Below the pieces are notes generated by a model, which saw only the letters and a list, made by a program, of their open reading frames with translations, had not been told where the DNA came from and did not search any database. The translations under genes and the position numbers were made by a program. A stretch of 64,000 nucleotides of DNA, taken from the NCBI GenBank assembly GCA_963727895.1, contig CAVSHT010000003.1:128001-192000 (forward strand), written 5' to 3'. This document shows positions 20,439 to 31,302 of the stretch, piece after piece. Numbering within the stretch: position 1 is the first letter of the stretch; each line of letters opens with the position of its first letter. This DNA comes from an uncultured Methanosarcinaceae archaeon. GTDB taxonomy: Archaea > Halobacteriota > Methanosarcinia > Methanosarcinales > Methanosarcinaceae.

Positions 20439-23342
20439 ATGGAGCAGGATTATAAGCCTCACGAGATCGAAAAGAAATGGCAGAAAAAGTGGAATGAAAG
20501 CCAGATTTTTCAGGCTGAGCCCGATAAGCGAGAAAAGTTTTTTATCACTATCCCTTACCCTTACCTGAACGGGAATCTTCATGCGGGACATACCAGGACT
20601 TTCACCATAGGTGACGTTGTTGCAAGACACAAAAGGATGCTCGGGTACAATGTTCTTTATCCAATGGGCTTCCATGTTACAGGCACACCAATTGTGGGGC
20701 TTGCCGAACTTATTGCAAATCGGGACCCTCAGACAATGGACGTTTATGAACGTCTTCATGGAATTCCCGGAGATATCCTGCCAACCCTTGATACCCCGGA
20801 AAAGATTGTTGATTACTTCAAGCTTGAAGCTGAAAAAGCTATGCGAATGATCGGTTACTCCATTGACTGGAGACGTAAATTTACAACAACTGATCCTACA
20901 TATAAAAAGTTCATTGAATGGCAGTATATTCGTCTTGGAGAAAAGGGACTGATCGTTAAAGGTTCTCATCCTGTAAAATGGTGTCCTAATGATAATAATC
21001 CTGTAGAGGACCACGATATTCTGCATGGAGAAGAAGCTACCATTGTTGAATATACGCTGATCAAGTTCCGATATAAAGACCTGGTTCTACCCTGTGCAAC
21101 CCTCAGGCCAGAAACAACATATGGTGTAACTAATCTGTGGATCAATCCTGATGTAACTTATGTAAAAATAAAAGTCACGCAGGAAGAAAGTGAAGAGTTC
21201 TGGGTTGTCAGTAAGGAAGCTTTCAGAAAACTGACTTTCACAGACCGGACAGTGGAATATATTGAGGACATACCTGCAAAATCCATAATAGGACTAAAAC
21301 TCACAAATCCGGTAACTGGAGACGAAATAATCTCTCTTCCTGCATCTTTTGTCAGGCCTGAAAACGGAAGCGGAATAGTAATGAGCGTTCCTGCTCACGC
21401 ACCTTTTGACTACCTGGCACTTCGAGATCTTTACGATGCTGACCTGAGCGAATACGAAATAACCGAAGATCTCAGAAATATCAAACTGATTTCCCTTATC
21501 AAGGTCCCAGAATTTGGAGAATTCCCTGCAAAAGAAATCGTAGAAGATATGGGAATAATAAGCCAGAAAGACCAGAAAGCCGAGGAAGCTACAAAAATTG
21601 TGTACAGAAGGGAGTTCCACGGTGGAGTCCTTAAGGAACTTACAGGAAAATATGAAGGGCAGGCTGTCTCCAAAATAAAGGATATTCTTACCAGGGATTT
21701 TGTCAGTTCAAATGTAGGAGAGACATTTTATGAATTTAGTGAACCTGTAGTTTGTCGCTGCGGTACTCCCTGTGTTGTAAATATGGTGAAAGGTCAGTGG
21801 TTCCTTAATTATTCAAACCCTGAGTGGAAAGCAAAAGTGTATAAATGCCTCGCTGAGATGCGAATTATTCCTGAAGAATACAGGGTTGAATTTGAAAACA
21901 AGGTTGACTGGCTTAAGGATAAAGCCTGTGCTCGCAGAAAAGGTCTTGGAACCCATCTTCCCTTTGATAAAGAATGGCTGATTGAATCTCTTGGAGATTC
22001 GACAATTTATATGAGCTATTATATCCTTGCCAGGTTTATTGAAAGTGGAGAGCTGAAAATTGAAAATCTTACCCTTTCGTTCTTTGATTACGTCCTGCTT
22101 GGAAAGGGAGATTCTACAGCAGCCAGCGCGGATACTGGTCTCAGCCCAGAGCTTCTTGAGGAAATCCGCAGACATTTCAACTACTGGTATCCGGTTGACC
22201 TGCGCTCTTCAGGAAAAGACCTTGTCCCGAACCATCTGCTCTTTTTCCTCTTCCATCATGTAGCTCTCTTTGAGGAAGATAAGTGGCCGAAAGCTCTTGC
22301 AGTAAACGGTTTTGTCTCACTTGAAGGACAGAAAATGAGCAAATCCAAAGGTCCGATTCTTACATTGGAAAGTGCAGTCAGTACTTACGGTGCTGATATA
22401 ACAAGAATGTATATCCTTTCCACAGCCGAGCAGACGCAGGACGCAGACTGGCAGAAGACCGGAATTGAATCTGCCAGAAGACAGATAGACAGGTTCTATT
22501 CTTTTGCAAAGGATGTTATAGAAAGCGGAAAACGTGCAGACCTTAGCACGGAGCTGAAAGAAATCGACCGCTGGATACTTTCAAGAATGCAGAATTATAT
22601 TAGGGAGACGAATTCAGCTCTCTATTCTATACAGACAAGGGAAGCAATACAGAATTCTTTCTTCTTGCTAATAAACGATATCAGATGGTACCAGAGAAGA
22701 GGCGGAGAGACCCTGCTTTATTATGTGCTGGACAACTGGGTCAGGCTTATGTCTCCTTTCACTCCACATCTATGTGAGGAAATCTGGGAATCAATGGGTC
22801 ATGAGGATTCCATTTCTCTTGCCCAATATCCGCTTTATAATGAAGATCTAATAGATGACGGGACGGAACTTGCTGAAGAAATGATTAAGGGAACTCTGGA
22901 AGATGTAGAGGAGATTATAAGAGTAACAAAAATGACTCCGCAAAAAGTTCATCTCTACACTGCCCCTGCATGGAAAGCTGAAGCTATCAGGTGTGCCTGC
23001 GAAATGCAGATTGAATGCTCACTGGAGGTTGGAACTCTTATTAAAAAGCTGATGGCAACTCCTGAATTCAAGTGCTTTGGCAAGGAAATTCCTAAGTTCG
23101 TAAAGAAGATCGTCCCTGAGTTCAAAAGTGGAAGTGTAGATAGGTATGAAATATTTACAGGCCCTGGCATTGATGAATATGCTCTTTTGAAAGAGTCAGT
23201 TTCATTCCTAGAAAAAGAAATTGGCTGCTCTGTTGAAGTTTACAGTGCCGATTCTCCAGCCTTTGATCCTGAAAAGAAATCAAGGTTTGCAGAACCCCTC
23301 AGGCCGGCAATTTATATTGAGCAGGTGAAGACAGAGGAATAA
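20439..23342 (+). CDS. leuS: Leucyl-tRNA synthetase (archaeal type)
   Basis: PYPYLNGNLHAGH, KMSKS, CP1 editing domain, C-terminal PLRPAIYIE. Confidence 0.96.
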   Translation: MEQDYKPHEIEKKWQKKWNESQIFQAEPDKREKFFITIPYPYLNGNLHAGHTRTFTIGDVVARHKRMLGYNVLYPMGFHVTGTPIVGLAELIANRDPQTMDVYERLHGIPGDILPTLDTPEKIVDYFKLEAEKAMRMIGYSIDWRRKFTTTDPTYKKFIEWQYIRLGEKGLIVKGSHPVKWCPNDNNPVEDHDILHGEEATIVEYTLIKFRYKDLVLPCATLRPETTYGVTNLWINPDVTYVKIKVTQEESEEFWVVSKEAFRKLTFTDRTVEYIEDIPAKSIIGLKLTNPVTGDEIISLPASFVRPENGSGIVMSVPAHAPFDYLALRDLYDADLSEYEITEDLRNIKLISLIKVPEFGEFPAKEIVEDMGIISQKDQKAEEATKIVYRREFHGGVLKELTGKYEGQAVSKIKDILTRDFVSSNVGETFYEFSEPVVCRCGTPCVVNMVKGQWFLNYSNPEWKAKVYKCLAEMRIIPEEYRVEFENKVDWLKDKACARRKGLGTHLPFDKEWLIESLGDSTIYMSYYILARFIESGELKIENLTLSFFDYVLLGKGDSTAASADTGLSPELLEEIRRHFNYWYPVDLRSSGKDLVPNHLLFFLFHHVALFEEDKWPKALAVNGFVSLEGQKMSKSKGPILTLESAVSTYGADITRMYILSTAEQTQDADWQKTGIESARRQIDRFYSFAKDVIESGKRADLSTELKEIDRWILSRMQNYIRETNSALYSIQTREAIQNSFFLLINDIRWYQRRGGETLLYYVLDNWVRLMSPFTPHLCEEIWESMGHEDSISLAQYPLYNEDLIDDGTELAEEMIKGTLEDVEEIIRVTKMTPQKVHLYTAPAWKAEAIRCACEMQIECSLEVGTLIKKLMATPEFKCFGKEIPKFVKKIVPEFKSGSVDRYEIFTGPGIDEYALLKESVSFLEKEIGCSVEVYSADSPAFDPEKKSRFAEPLRPAIYIEQVKTEE

Positions 23343-23534
23343 AAAGACAAATCAAAAGGAGAATTTCTTAAAAGATTCAGATGGCTTTAACTGAATGAAC
23401 GAAATTACATAGAGGGAACTTATATTCCCTCAAATTCTTTTTCTGCGCTTTTGAAATATTCTATTCTTCGGAAACGTGAGTGTTTATTCTGCACCCTTAA
23501 AACAGATAGAAATCTACAAAATAGATTATATAAA

Positions 23535-24401
23535 TTAATAGAGCTCAACTTTTCGATCCTTAAAAACAGGAATAGCCATTCGAATTTCGTCTTTTTCTGA
23601 CAGGTCAAGGTCATAAACAATTACACACTCTTTGCTGCCTGCATCGGCTTTTACTTCTCCCCAGGCATCGATAATCATAGAGTTTCCAAAGTAAGTGCAG
23701 TCAGGAGCCGAACCTGTACGGTTGCAGGCAATATGTGGAATCTGATTTTCAATTGCTCTTGCCTTTGCGAGGGTCTTCCAGTGTTCAGCTCTGGGATTCG
23801 GGAATGCTGCAACTGTTATCAGAATATCAGAACCAGCAAGAATAAGTTTTCTCGCAATCTCTGGAAAACGAAGTTCATAACAGATTTGAAAGCCAATTTT
23901 CAAGTTCTGTTTTTTTAGAGTTATAGGTTCGATTGAATTTCCTCTGGAAAAATACTGGTTTTCGTCCTTAAAAGGATGAGTTTTCCGGTAACCACCTGCA
24001 AGAACTCCTGATTCAAAGCAGAAGCCGAGGTTATAGTAAAGAATAGAATTAGTAGAATTTAAAGCGATAGAATTTTTCGAATTAGTTGCCTTCTTATTTC
24101 CTGTATCAGTCGTTTTCTTGCTAACCGAAATATTCTCCGAAGCAACTTTTTCAATTATGGAACCTATGATAACGCAATCGTTTGCTTCTGAAAAACAGGC
24201 AAGGTTTTCAAGGATAGGGGAAGGTAAGGCTTCTGCTGCATAATCAAGGTGTTCATAGCAAAAACCTGTTGAAAATACCTCCGGGAAAACTATAAGTTTA
24301 GCTCCTTTATTTACGGCTTCAAGAGCCATGTATAGAGCTTTTTCAAGGTTCTCCTGCTTTCTGCAATGTAAAACATCCATCTGTATACAGGCAACTTTCA
24401 T
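23535..24401 (-). CDS. Carbon-nitrogen hydrolase (nitrilase/omega-amidase family)
   Basis: FPE, YRKTH, ICYELRFPE triad; ARAIENQ. Confidence 0.92.
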   Translation of the reverse strand: MKVACIQMDVLHCRKQENLEKALYMALEAVNKGAKLIVFPEVFSTGFCYEHLDYAAEALPSPILENLACFSEANDCVIIGSIIEKVASENISVSKKTTDTGNKKATNSKNSIALNSTNSILYYNLGFCFESGVLAGGYRKTHPFKDENQYFSRGNSIEPITLKKQNLKIGFQICYELRFPEIARKLILAGSDILITVAAFPNPRAEHWKTLAKARAIENQIPHIACNRTGSAPDCTYFGNSMIIDAWGEVKADAGSKECVIVYDLDLSEKDEIRMAIPVFKDRKVELY

Positions 24402-24815
24402 GTCATAAACACCAGCTAACCGTTAGCAAACGGCTTGAATCCTGTGAAGTAAAATCTCACGTAAAGAAAATGAATTTGAAAAGACTAATTGGAAAAAGTG
24501 AATTTCAATTCATTGGTCATCAATTAAGAATTTTATTCCTTCTCTTACTTTTTGAATCAATAATTTTATTTTTGAAGAATAGATACCGTTGATATTTTTA
24601 TTTTATGCTTAATTCAGTCGAACAAACCTTAAGTTAACTTAAAGGTCACAACTCGATTATTTTGACGACATGAATATGCTTTTTGTAGTGAGCAGAAATG
24701 GTAAAGGTATACCACTTTCAGTAACTGTTTATTGAGCAAACTCATGATATCCACACATGCGTAGCAGCTCGAAAAAAATCAAAAAGCATTTACGTTACGT
24801 GCTTCATAAGAAAGT

Positions 24816-25679
24816 GTGATGCAAATTGGAAACAGCCGTCTAAAAAGAATAGAAAATAGTCAAGAAGAAAGAACTTATGAAATATTAAATGACATTGCAA
24901 AAGAATATGCAGCTAGGATATTTACAAAAATTAGAATTGCAGACGTGCTTGAAATAAGAAACAGTGGACTACATGACAACGAATATAAATATGCGTTAAT
25001 GGCTCATTTTGATTTTGTAGTCACAGATAACGATTATATGCCAAAGTTCGCCGTTGAATTTGATGGATCACAGCATAAAACCGATGTGTCAGCAATTCGT
25101 AAGGATGAGTTAAAGAACAATATTTGTCGTAAATTTGGCTTTCCTCTTTTACGGATAACATCAGAGTATTTTGAAAAAATCGGAAAATTTCCAACAATAT
25201 TGAGTTGGATTACTGAACTTTATTTTCTACAAGAACTTTTTTATGCTGCACAAGACAAAGGAGAAATTCCTCAAGATGAACCTTGGATTTGGTTTGGCGT
25301 AATTGGTTACGATCCTGTTGTCCGTTATAGAGCACTTATTAGAAATGCCTATGATAGAGATTTATGCTGTGATGAAGTAATAAGGTATATATGTGGGCGT
25401 TCCAAAGGCAGTAAATCCTACGTTACTCTATCAACACTAAGACTCTCAAATGATAAGTACATAGCTAGTTTGGTTGAATGTCTAACAATAAGATACTTTG
25501 CAATAACAGCACATGATATTTCAAAGGAAATTTCAGATTATAACATATATAAGAAATTTAAAAAACATCTAGAAGGAAATAATATTCACACTTATACTTA
25601 TGATGAAATATCAAAAATGCAAAGAGATTTCATTAAACAACATGATCTATGTTCCTATAACATCCAATTGATAGAATGA
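24816..25679 (+). CDS. DUF2726 (PD-(D/E)XK-like) domain protein
   Basis: KIRIADVL, HFDFVV.D, AVEFDGSQH, KDELKN.IC...GFPLLRI. Confidence 0.75.
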   Translation: MMQIGNSRLKRIENSQEERTYEILNDIAKEYAARIFTKIRIADVLEIRNSGLHDNEYKYALMAHFDFVVTDNDYMPKFAVEFDGSQHKTDVSAIRKDELKNNICRKFGFPLLRITSEYFEKIGKFPTILSWITELYFLQELFYAAQDKGEIPQDEPWIWFGVIGYDPVVRYRALIRNAYDRDLCCDEVIRYICGRSKGSKSYVTLSTLRLSNDKYIASLVECLTIRYFAITAHDISKEISDYNIYKKFKKHLEGNNIHTYTYDEISKMQRDFIKQHDLCSYNIQLIE

Positions 25680-25901
25680 ACACAACTCTAGAAACTCTTT
25701 GCAGGATACCTGTAAACATGAACTTTTCTGCATAAACGAAAATTGCAGTGTAGAACTTAAATTAGGGCTTTTTTATTTTAAATTAGTTGAGATCTATTCT
25801 TTTAGAGAATTTCTACGGAGTTGATTTAAAAATCGAAAATTAAAATGTGTTTAGACGGCAGAAATATGGAAATTTAGTGCTGTTCATTATTCCGAGAAAA
25901 G

Positions 25902-26930
25902 TTACATAAAAAAATCTCTAAGATCTATTTCTTCACCCATTCTCAACTGGTTTCGAAGAAGAGTAAGTTTTCGGTCTATTTTTTCGAGGCTTTTAAGATA
26001 TTTTTTTTCATTTGGTGTGGTTTTTAATAGTTTTGTTATTCCACCGTTTTTAATGACCAGTCTCTGGTCTGCTGATAGAGCCAGAAGAGGGTCATGAGTA
26101 CTGATTAAAACGATCTTGTTGTTACTTACCAGAAGTTCCAGAGATCTAACCTTGTCGACTCCGGCGTTTTCAATCTCATCGATTAGGACGACAGATGCCG
26201 GACTGAGAAGTGCGGTATCTGCAATCATCAGAGCGCGTGATTGTCCCCCTGAGAGCTCTGTAACAGGAGTTTCCTTGCTGAAAGGTTCTCCTGACAGAAT
26301 GTTAGCAGTATAATATATTTTCTGGACAATACGGGAGACCTCATCAACCATACGGCTCTCGGCGTGCAGGGTCAGAAACTCCACTGCACTGAAATCCATA
26401 ACAAAGTTCATGTTCTGTGAAAGCTGAGCAATAAAACGTCCCTCAGTTGAGAAACGCTCCTCATCACTTGGGAATCGACCATCAACTATTATTTTGCGGC
26501 CTGTAGGAGTGTCCTCCTGTGCCAGAGATTCAATATCAGCCAGCAGCCGTGACTTGCCTGATCCTGTCGGACCGACAATTGCTGTCACTTCACCTTTTTT
26601 TAGTTCTACTGAAAAGGCTTCTTTTTTCCCATTTTTAGTATGTCCAGGGAGCACAGTTAAGGATTCTACCATAAATCCGTTTCCCTGTTGAAGAGCTTTA
26701 GCCTGCTCAATAAATAGAAAGAAGCCATCAATAAAGGCACGATAACTGCTTTCCATCTAAATAAAATAATTTTCACCAAGTATTGAACCCAGTTCTTCCA
26801 GTTTTTTGTTTCCAAACTGTGCAGGATCAATTGCAAATGCAGAGAAGTAATCCTCTATCCAGGGCATCATCTTCCTGAGTTCATCTATTGTCATGTGAAG
26901 CAAATCTGTCCTCAAGCTATTTTTCTCCAC
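25902..26930 (-). CDS. ABC-type ATPase with N-terminal extension, split by in-frame TAG at 26757-26759
   Basis: GPTGSGKS, LSGGQ, LIDE, STHD; 57 sense codons from GTG 26930 run in frame into the TAG and then ORF 25902-26756. Confidence 0.8.
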
Positions 26931-26945
26931 TAAATCTATTCTTCT

Positions 26946-27650
26946 CTATTTATTCTTCTCTTCTTCTCTGAAGTTTACCAATTTTGAAACACCAATCTGC
27001 CTATAATCCCCGATTTTTCTCTCTCCAAGGCAGTATGAACACAGAGCTCCTAGAATGGTAAATCGAAGTGTGGCTCCATGAAGAGTTTCAATAGTAGATG
27101 TTTTTTCTACAAGTCTTGCAAGATAGAAACTACCCTGTCCAGTAACCCCATTGATCTGAATTATCATTCCTCTAGGATTAACCTGTCTGACCCTGTATGC
27201 AAAGACCTCACGCTCTGCCTGGGAGACAATATCCCCTTTAGTAATAACAACGATGTCTGCAAGTTTTAACATGGGACCGATTTTTTTAGGTGTATTGACA
27301 CCACTAAGGTTATCAATGACACAAATTGCCATAACATCTTTAATATGGGGAGAACAGCGATTGCAGAGACCGGCACTCTCAGTGATCAGAAAATCAAACT
27401 TCTTCTCTTTAGCCCACTTAAGGGCTTCTTCAATGTTGCTTACAAAAAAGTGGTCAGGACAGAGCCCTCTGGAGAGACCGGTCTTGACCGGAATATTATG
27501 GGCGGAATAAATTTTTTCATCCTGAGCCGAGAGACAATCAAATTTTACCACACCGATTGTGAAACCCTTTTGTCTAAGATCTTCGATGGTCTTGATAATG
27601 ATACTGGTTTTTCCTGATGATGGAGGACCTGCTACCGTAACAAGTCTCAA
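26946..27650 (-). CDS. UreG/HypB-like (G3E) GTPase
   Basis: GPPSSGKTS, LCPDH, ESAG, TKGD; additional CNRC and CSYC motifs. Confidence 0.88.
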   Translation of the reverse strand: MRLVTVAGPPSSGKTSIIIKTIEDLRQKGFTIGVVKFDCLSAQDEKIYSAHNIPVKTGLSRGLCPDHFFVSNIEEALKWAKEKKFDFLITESAGLCNRCSPHIKDVMAICVIDNLSGVNTPKKIGPMLKLADIVVITKGDIVSQAEREVFAYRVRQVNPRGMIIQINGVTGQGSFYLARLVEKTSTIETLHGATLRFTILGALCSYCLGERKIGDYRQIGVSKLVNFREEEKNK

Positions 27651-28891
27651 ACAACACCTCCTGTCTCCTTGAACTGTTTATTGAACACCTCTGCAACTTC
27701 ATTTATAAGTGTTCCTATGTCATTATTCATCAAGAAATCCCAGCCCATCCAATAAAGTGCGATGTCTTCAAGATTATTAGCAACTTCAGGATTTGTTGTC
27801 GGGAAAAAAGCTCTGGTAGAGATTTCCGCAAATTCTTTACCACAGAGAAAATCCGTGATCTCTTTAACCCGTTCTACTGCACTTTTTTTAACCAGCATCT
27901 GCACAGGACTTACAATAGCTCCTTCTGAAGGTATATTGATCTTTATACGGGATTTATCCTGAATTTTCTTAGCAAAGAAGAGAGGCATGAGATACATTGG
28001 CGGAACATCATCTTTTTTACTGTCTATCATTTTGACCATTTCAGATGGATGGATTCCTGTATATACTGACGAAGCAAGTTTTTTAATTCTCTCCATTCCA
28101 TATAACCGGTAGAACGGAAGCAGTACCCCATTACAGAAAAAGCCTCCCTGTCCCCGCATAACAACCTTGTTCCTATACTCCTCTTTCAAGAGATCTTCCC
28201 AGGATTCGGGTCTGATCTTATCCCGTATGAGTTCATTTATGGTAACCAGAACAAGAAGGTTTGCAGAGATCATGGTAAACTGACCGCGGGGATCTGCAAA
28301 ACCGATAGATTCAAAATCAGTGTTCATGGGAGATGAATTAAGATTTACAAAATATTCCTTATTGAGGAAATTCTCCTGGAAGGATTTGTGGTAAAAGCTG
28401 TTAATATCAGAACTGACAATTATGTCTGGTAGTTCGTCAATCGATGTAACCGAGTCAATATATTCATAATATGATATCTCATGATTGACATTTCCCTCTA
28501 CAAGAGAATGGAGAATATTACTGATTTGCTTTTTGTATTCAGTTGAAAATTCATCAAATGCACGATTGAAGGGCATTTTCATGCCGCAGGGCAAAAGGGC
28601 AAGAAGGGTCAGATCTTTTTGTCTTTCTGGAGAATCTGCAAGGGTAAAATCTCCTTTTGCTTCATTATCCAGAACAACCTGATTCAAAAGCTCAATAAAA
28701 GAATCTTTATTTACAGATACCATTGATAGAGCTGTTTTCAATTTTAGTAATGGTCCAAGTTTTTCAAGAACTTCTTTGTTTTCAAATTTTCCCATTCCAT
28801 GCTGCTTGAATATTTTTAGTAGAAATGGATATTCACTTAAGATCTGGTGTATACTCATTGTTTCGTCAATTACTTTCATATCATTCCGCAT
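27647..28891 (-). CDS. DUF1858-like domain + solute-binding-protein fold, no signal peptide
   Basis: IDETMSIHQILSEYPFL..IF...GM N-terminus; P.SWEDLL, EGA..SP, FFP SBP motifs; LLPC. Confidence 0.78.
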   Translation of the reverse strand: MRNDMKVIDETMSIHQILSEYPFLLKIFKQHGMGKFENKEVLEKLGPLLKLKTALSMVSVNKDSFIELLNQVVLDNEAKGDFTLADSPERQKDLTLLALLPCGMKMPFNRAFDEFSTEYKKQISNILHSLVEGNVNHEISYYEYIDSVTSIDELPDIIVSSDINSFYHKSFQENFLNKEYFVNLNSSPMNTDFESIGFADPRGQFTMISANLLVLVTINELIRDKIRPESWEDLLKEEYRNKVVMRGQGGFFCNGVLLPFYRLYGMERIKKLASSVYTGIHPSEMVKMIDSKKDDVPPMYLMPLFFAKKIQDKSRIKINIPSEGAIVSPVQMLVKKSAVERVKEITDFLCGKEFAEISTRAFFPTTNPEVANNLEDIALYWMGWDFLMNNDIGTLINEVAEVFNKQFKETGGVV

Positions 28892-29297
28892 GATATCTGT
28901 TTGAGCAGTATCTTATCTCCCTTCCTAATTGGCAGTAATACTATTTTGTAGGATGTTACTTATTTCAATAAAGATACAAATATATAAGTATGTTTATCTC
29001 GGAAATTTCATTCCGATAAAATTCTCAAATTAGCTTATAATTTCCTCAATATAATTTGATAAACAGTTACCTCATATGTAATTTGTAAACTAATAGCTGT
29101 TATATAGGAGTGGAAAAGTAAAGAATATAGGAAGTGAAGAAGTCAATAATTTATGGAATGAAGAAGTCAAGAATAGATGGGAATAAAAAGAATAAATACA
29201 GAAATATTACGGTATTTTTTATACAAACATCAACAAAAGACGGTATTCGATGCTTAAACTATGAAGCATGAATTGCAATTTAAACAACTAAAGATCT

Positions 29298-29948
29298 TCA
29301 GGGGAGCAGGGTGGTCTGTTTGCTCTTTGCTACCAGACCTTCAAGGTCAATTCTGTGTTTTATCATCCCTGCAAGGACTTCATTTGCAAGCTTTGTTACT
29401 TCTTCTTTGTTTTCTCGAATTTCATATGCAGGGTCATCGGAAGGGATTTCAATTTTTGTAATATCGGCTCTGGCTTTCTTCAAATGTGTTTCCTGTGCCT
29501 CACAGACGATGCCAGGTTTTTCCAGGTACTGCTCAAGATGTTTCTGAGTAATTCCTACAAGCTTTAATTCCTTGCGGAAACATGACCTTTCAAATAGCTT
29601 GGAGACAACATAAACTCCTACAGGAATCCTGAAATCCAGGTTGATTTTAAGAAGCTCGGTTCTTAGGATTGAATAAATTTCTTCTGGATTCGAAAATTCC
29701 TGAGACCTTGAAACTTTGTCTTTTTCGGATAGAGAATCCGTAGTTTTTTCAGGCAGAGCATAAATCTTCGACGGAGGGACTTCTGTTTCTTCCAGAATTT
29801 CAAGGTCTCTTAATGCTCTAAGATAGCCTGTAAGAACCAGGCGATGTTCATCTATGCCTACGACTTTCAGTTCTCTAGAAAGTCCACTAATTGAGAGCTG
29901 CTTGCCATCAAGTAATTCCAGAATTTTTATATTGATTTTCTCTTCCAT
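29298..29948 (-). CDS. Conserved hypothetical protein with N-terminal wHTH
   Basis: LSISGLSREL...HRLVLTGYLRALRDL...PSKIY; AGG-type RBS upstream. Confidence 0.75.
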   Translation of the reverse strand: MEEKINIKILELLDGKQLSISGLSRELKVVGIDEHRLVLTGYLRALRDLEILEETEVPPSKIYALPEKTTDSLSEKDKVSRSQEFSNPEEIYSILRTELLKINLDFRIPVGVYVVSKLFERSCFRKELKLVGITQKHLEQYLEKPGIVCEAQETHLKKARADITKIEIPSDDPAYEIRENKEEVTKLANEVLAGMIKHRIDLEGLVAKSKQTTLLP

Positions 29949-30492
29949 CCGTACCTACATCATATTTTATTGTATTTTATTAATTCTTTAGGGTTCAGGC
30001 CAAAAAACAGTGTCTTCCTCCAGGGCAACGTAAAAATAAGCCCATATTTTCCCCGAATCTTTGAAGAAGACCTGATAATTTTCTTTTTGATAGGGCGAGT
30101 AAACAAGAAAATTGCAGGGAGCAATACACGATGTAATTCTCCTGCATAATATAAACCTTATGAGAGATAATATAATGATATAACCGAAGTAATTTAAAAC
30201 AATTAAAACAACTCAATAACACTTTATTATATTTTATAAATATGTAACGAAATCTGAAGGTGGAAGACAATAAACTGGAAAGCCTCTGGAATTAAATTTA
30301 TAATTACTATAACTAATGTTTTCCTTATAAAAAAATTCTGAAATAATATTATCAATAAGATATTTTTATATTCTGTGTTAGTAAAATAAATGAGAATTGA
30401 ACTATTTTCCAGCAGAATCAAAGGGTAATACTTAAAAGTAATAATTGCCATTTGGATAAGGCTTAAATTGATTATTTTTCAAGGATGCAAAG

Positions 30493-30990
30493 ATGATTAC
30501 AAAGTTAATCCCCAAAAAAGTTTTCTTTACAAGTGGAGTTGGTACACACCCCGAACATCTTGAATCATTTGAAGTTGCACTTCGGGATGCAAATATTGAG
30601 AAATTTAATCTTGTAACTGTAAGTTCTATCCTGCCTCCTAACTGTGAGATCGTATCCAGAGACGAAGGTCTGGAAGAGTTAAGTCCCGGAGAAATTGTGT
30701 TTTGCGTAATGTCCAGAATATCTTCCAATGAGCCAAGAAGAACGCTCAGTGCAGCGGTAGGATGTGCACTCCCGCAAAACATAAACAAACACGGTTATAT
30801 CTCAGAGTATCACGCATATGGAGAAACTGCGCAGGATGTTGGGGATCATTCTGAAAAAATGGCGAAAAGCATGTACAGCACCTGGACAAATGAAGCACCT
30901 CTAAAGACTTTCAGTTTTCCCAGGTCGTCTTCCGTAGATGAGCATGGAGACTGGATGACCGTAATATCTGCAGCAGCTTTTACTATCTGA
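30493..30990 (+). CDS. pdaD: Pyruvoyl-dependent arginine decarboxylase
   Basis: SFE.ALRDA.IE.FNLV.VSSILPP self-cleavage motif; GYISEY. Confidence 0.93.
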   Translation: MITKLIPKKVFFTSGVGTHPEHLESFEVALRDANIEKFNLVTVSSILPPNCEIVSRDEGLEELSPGEIVFCVMSRISSNEPRRTLSAAVGCALPQNINKHGYISEYHAYGETAQDVGDHSEKMAKSMYSTWTNEAPLKTFSFPRSSSVDEHGDWMTVISAAAFTI

Positions 30991-31302
30991 ACATTTACAG
31001 GTATGTCTGTAATTATTTCTGTTATTTTACGAGTTGCTCCGGGAATATTAAAACTGTTCATCACGCTGTCTAATTTCACGTTCTTTGCTCCTGATTAAAA
31101 TCTGCAAATTAGTTTTCTTTATTAAGATCAATCTATGTCTGAAATCGTCCAGTCGGAGAGTCTACATATATTGATATTTAATAAATAATATAGAATTATA
31201 TAGAGCTATTTGAATTTCTTACCGCCTGTTGCCAAATGCCTTCGAATGCCTTCAGACGCTTGAAACTCACATGTTAAATTATCTGCTTATTAGGAGACTG
31301 AT

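Noticed and set aside
20223..21026. 267-aa minus-strand ORF and many other 60-170 aa antisense ORFs
   Set aside because: Shadows of leuS, thrC, pepN, ech and similar genes, with no motifs.
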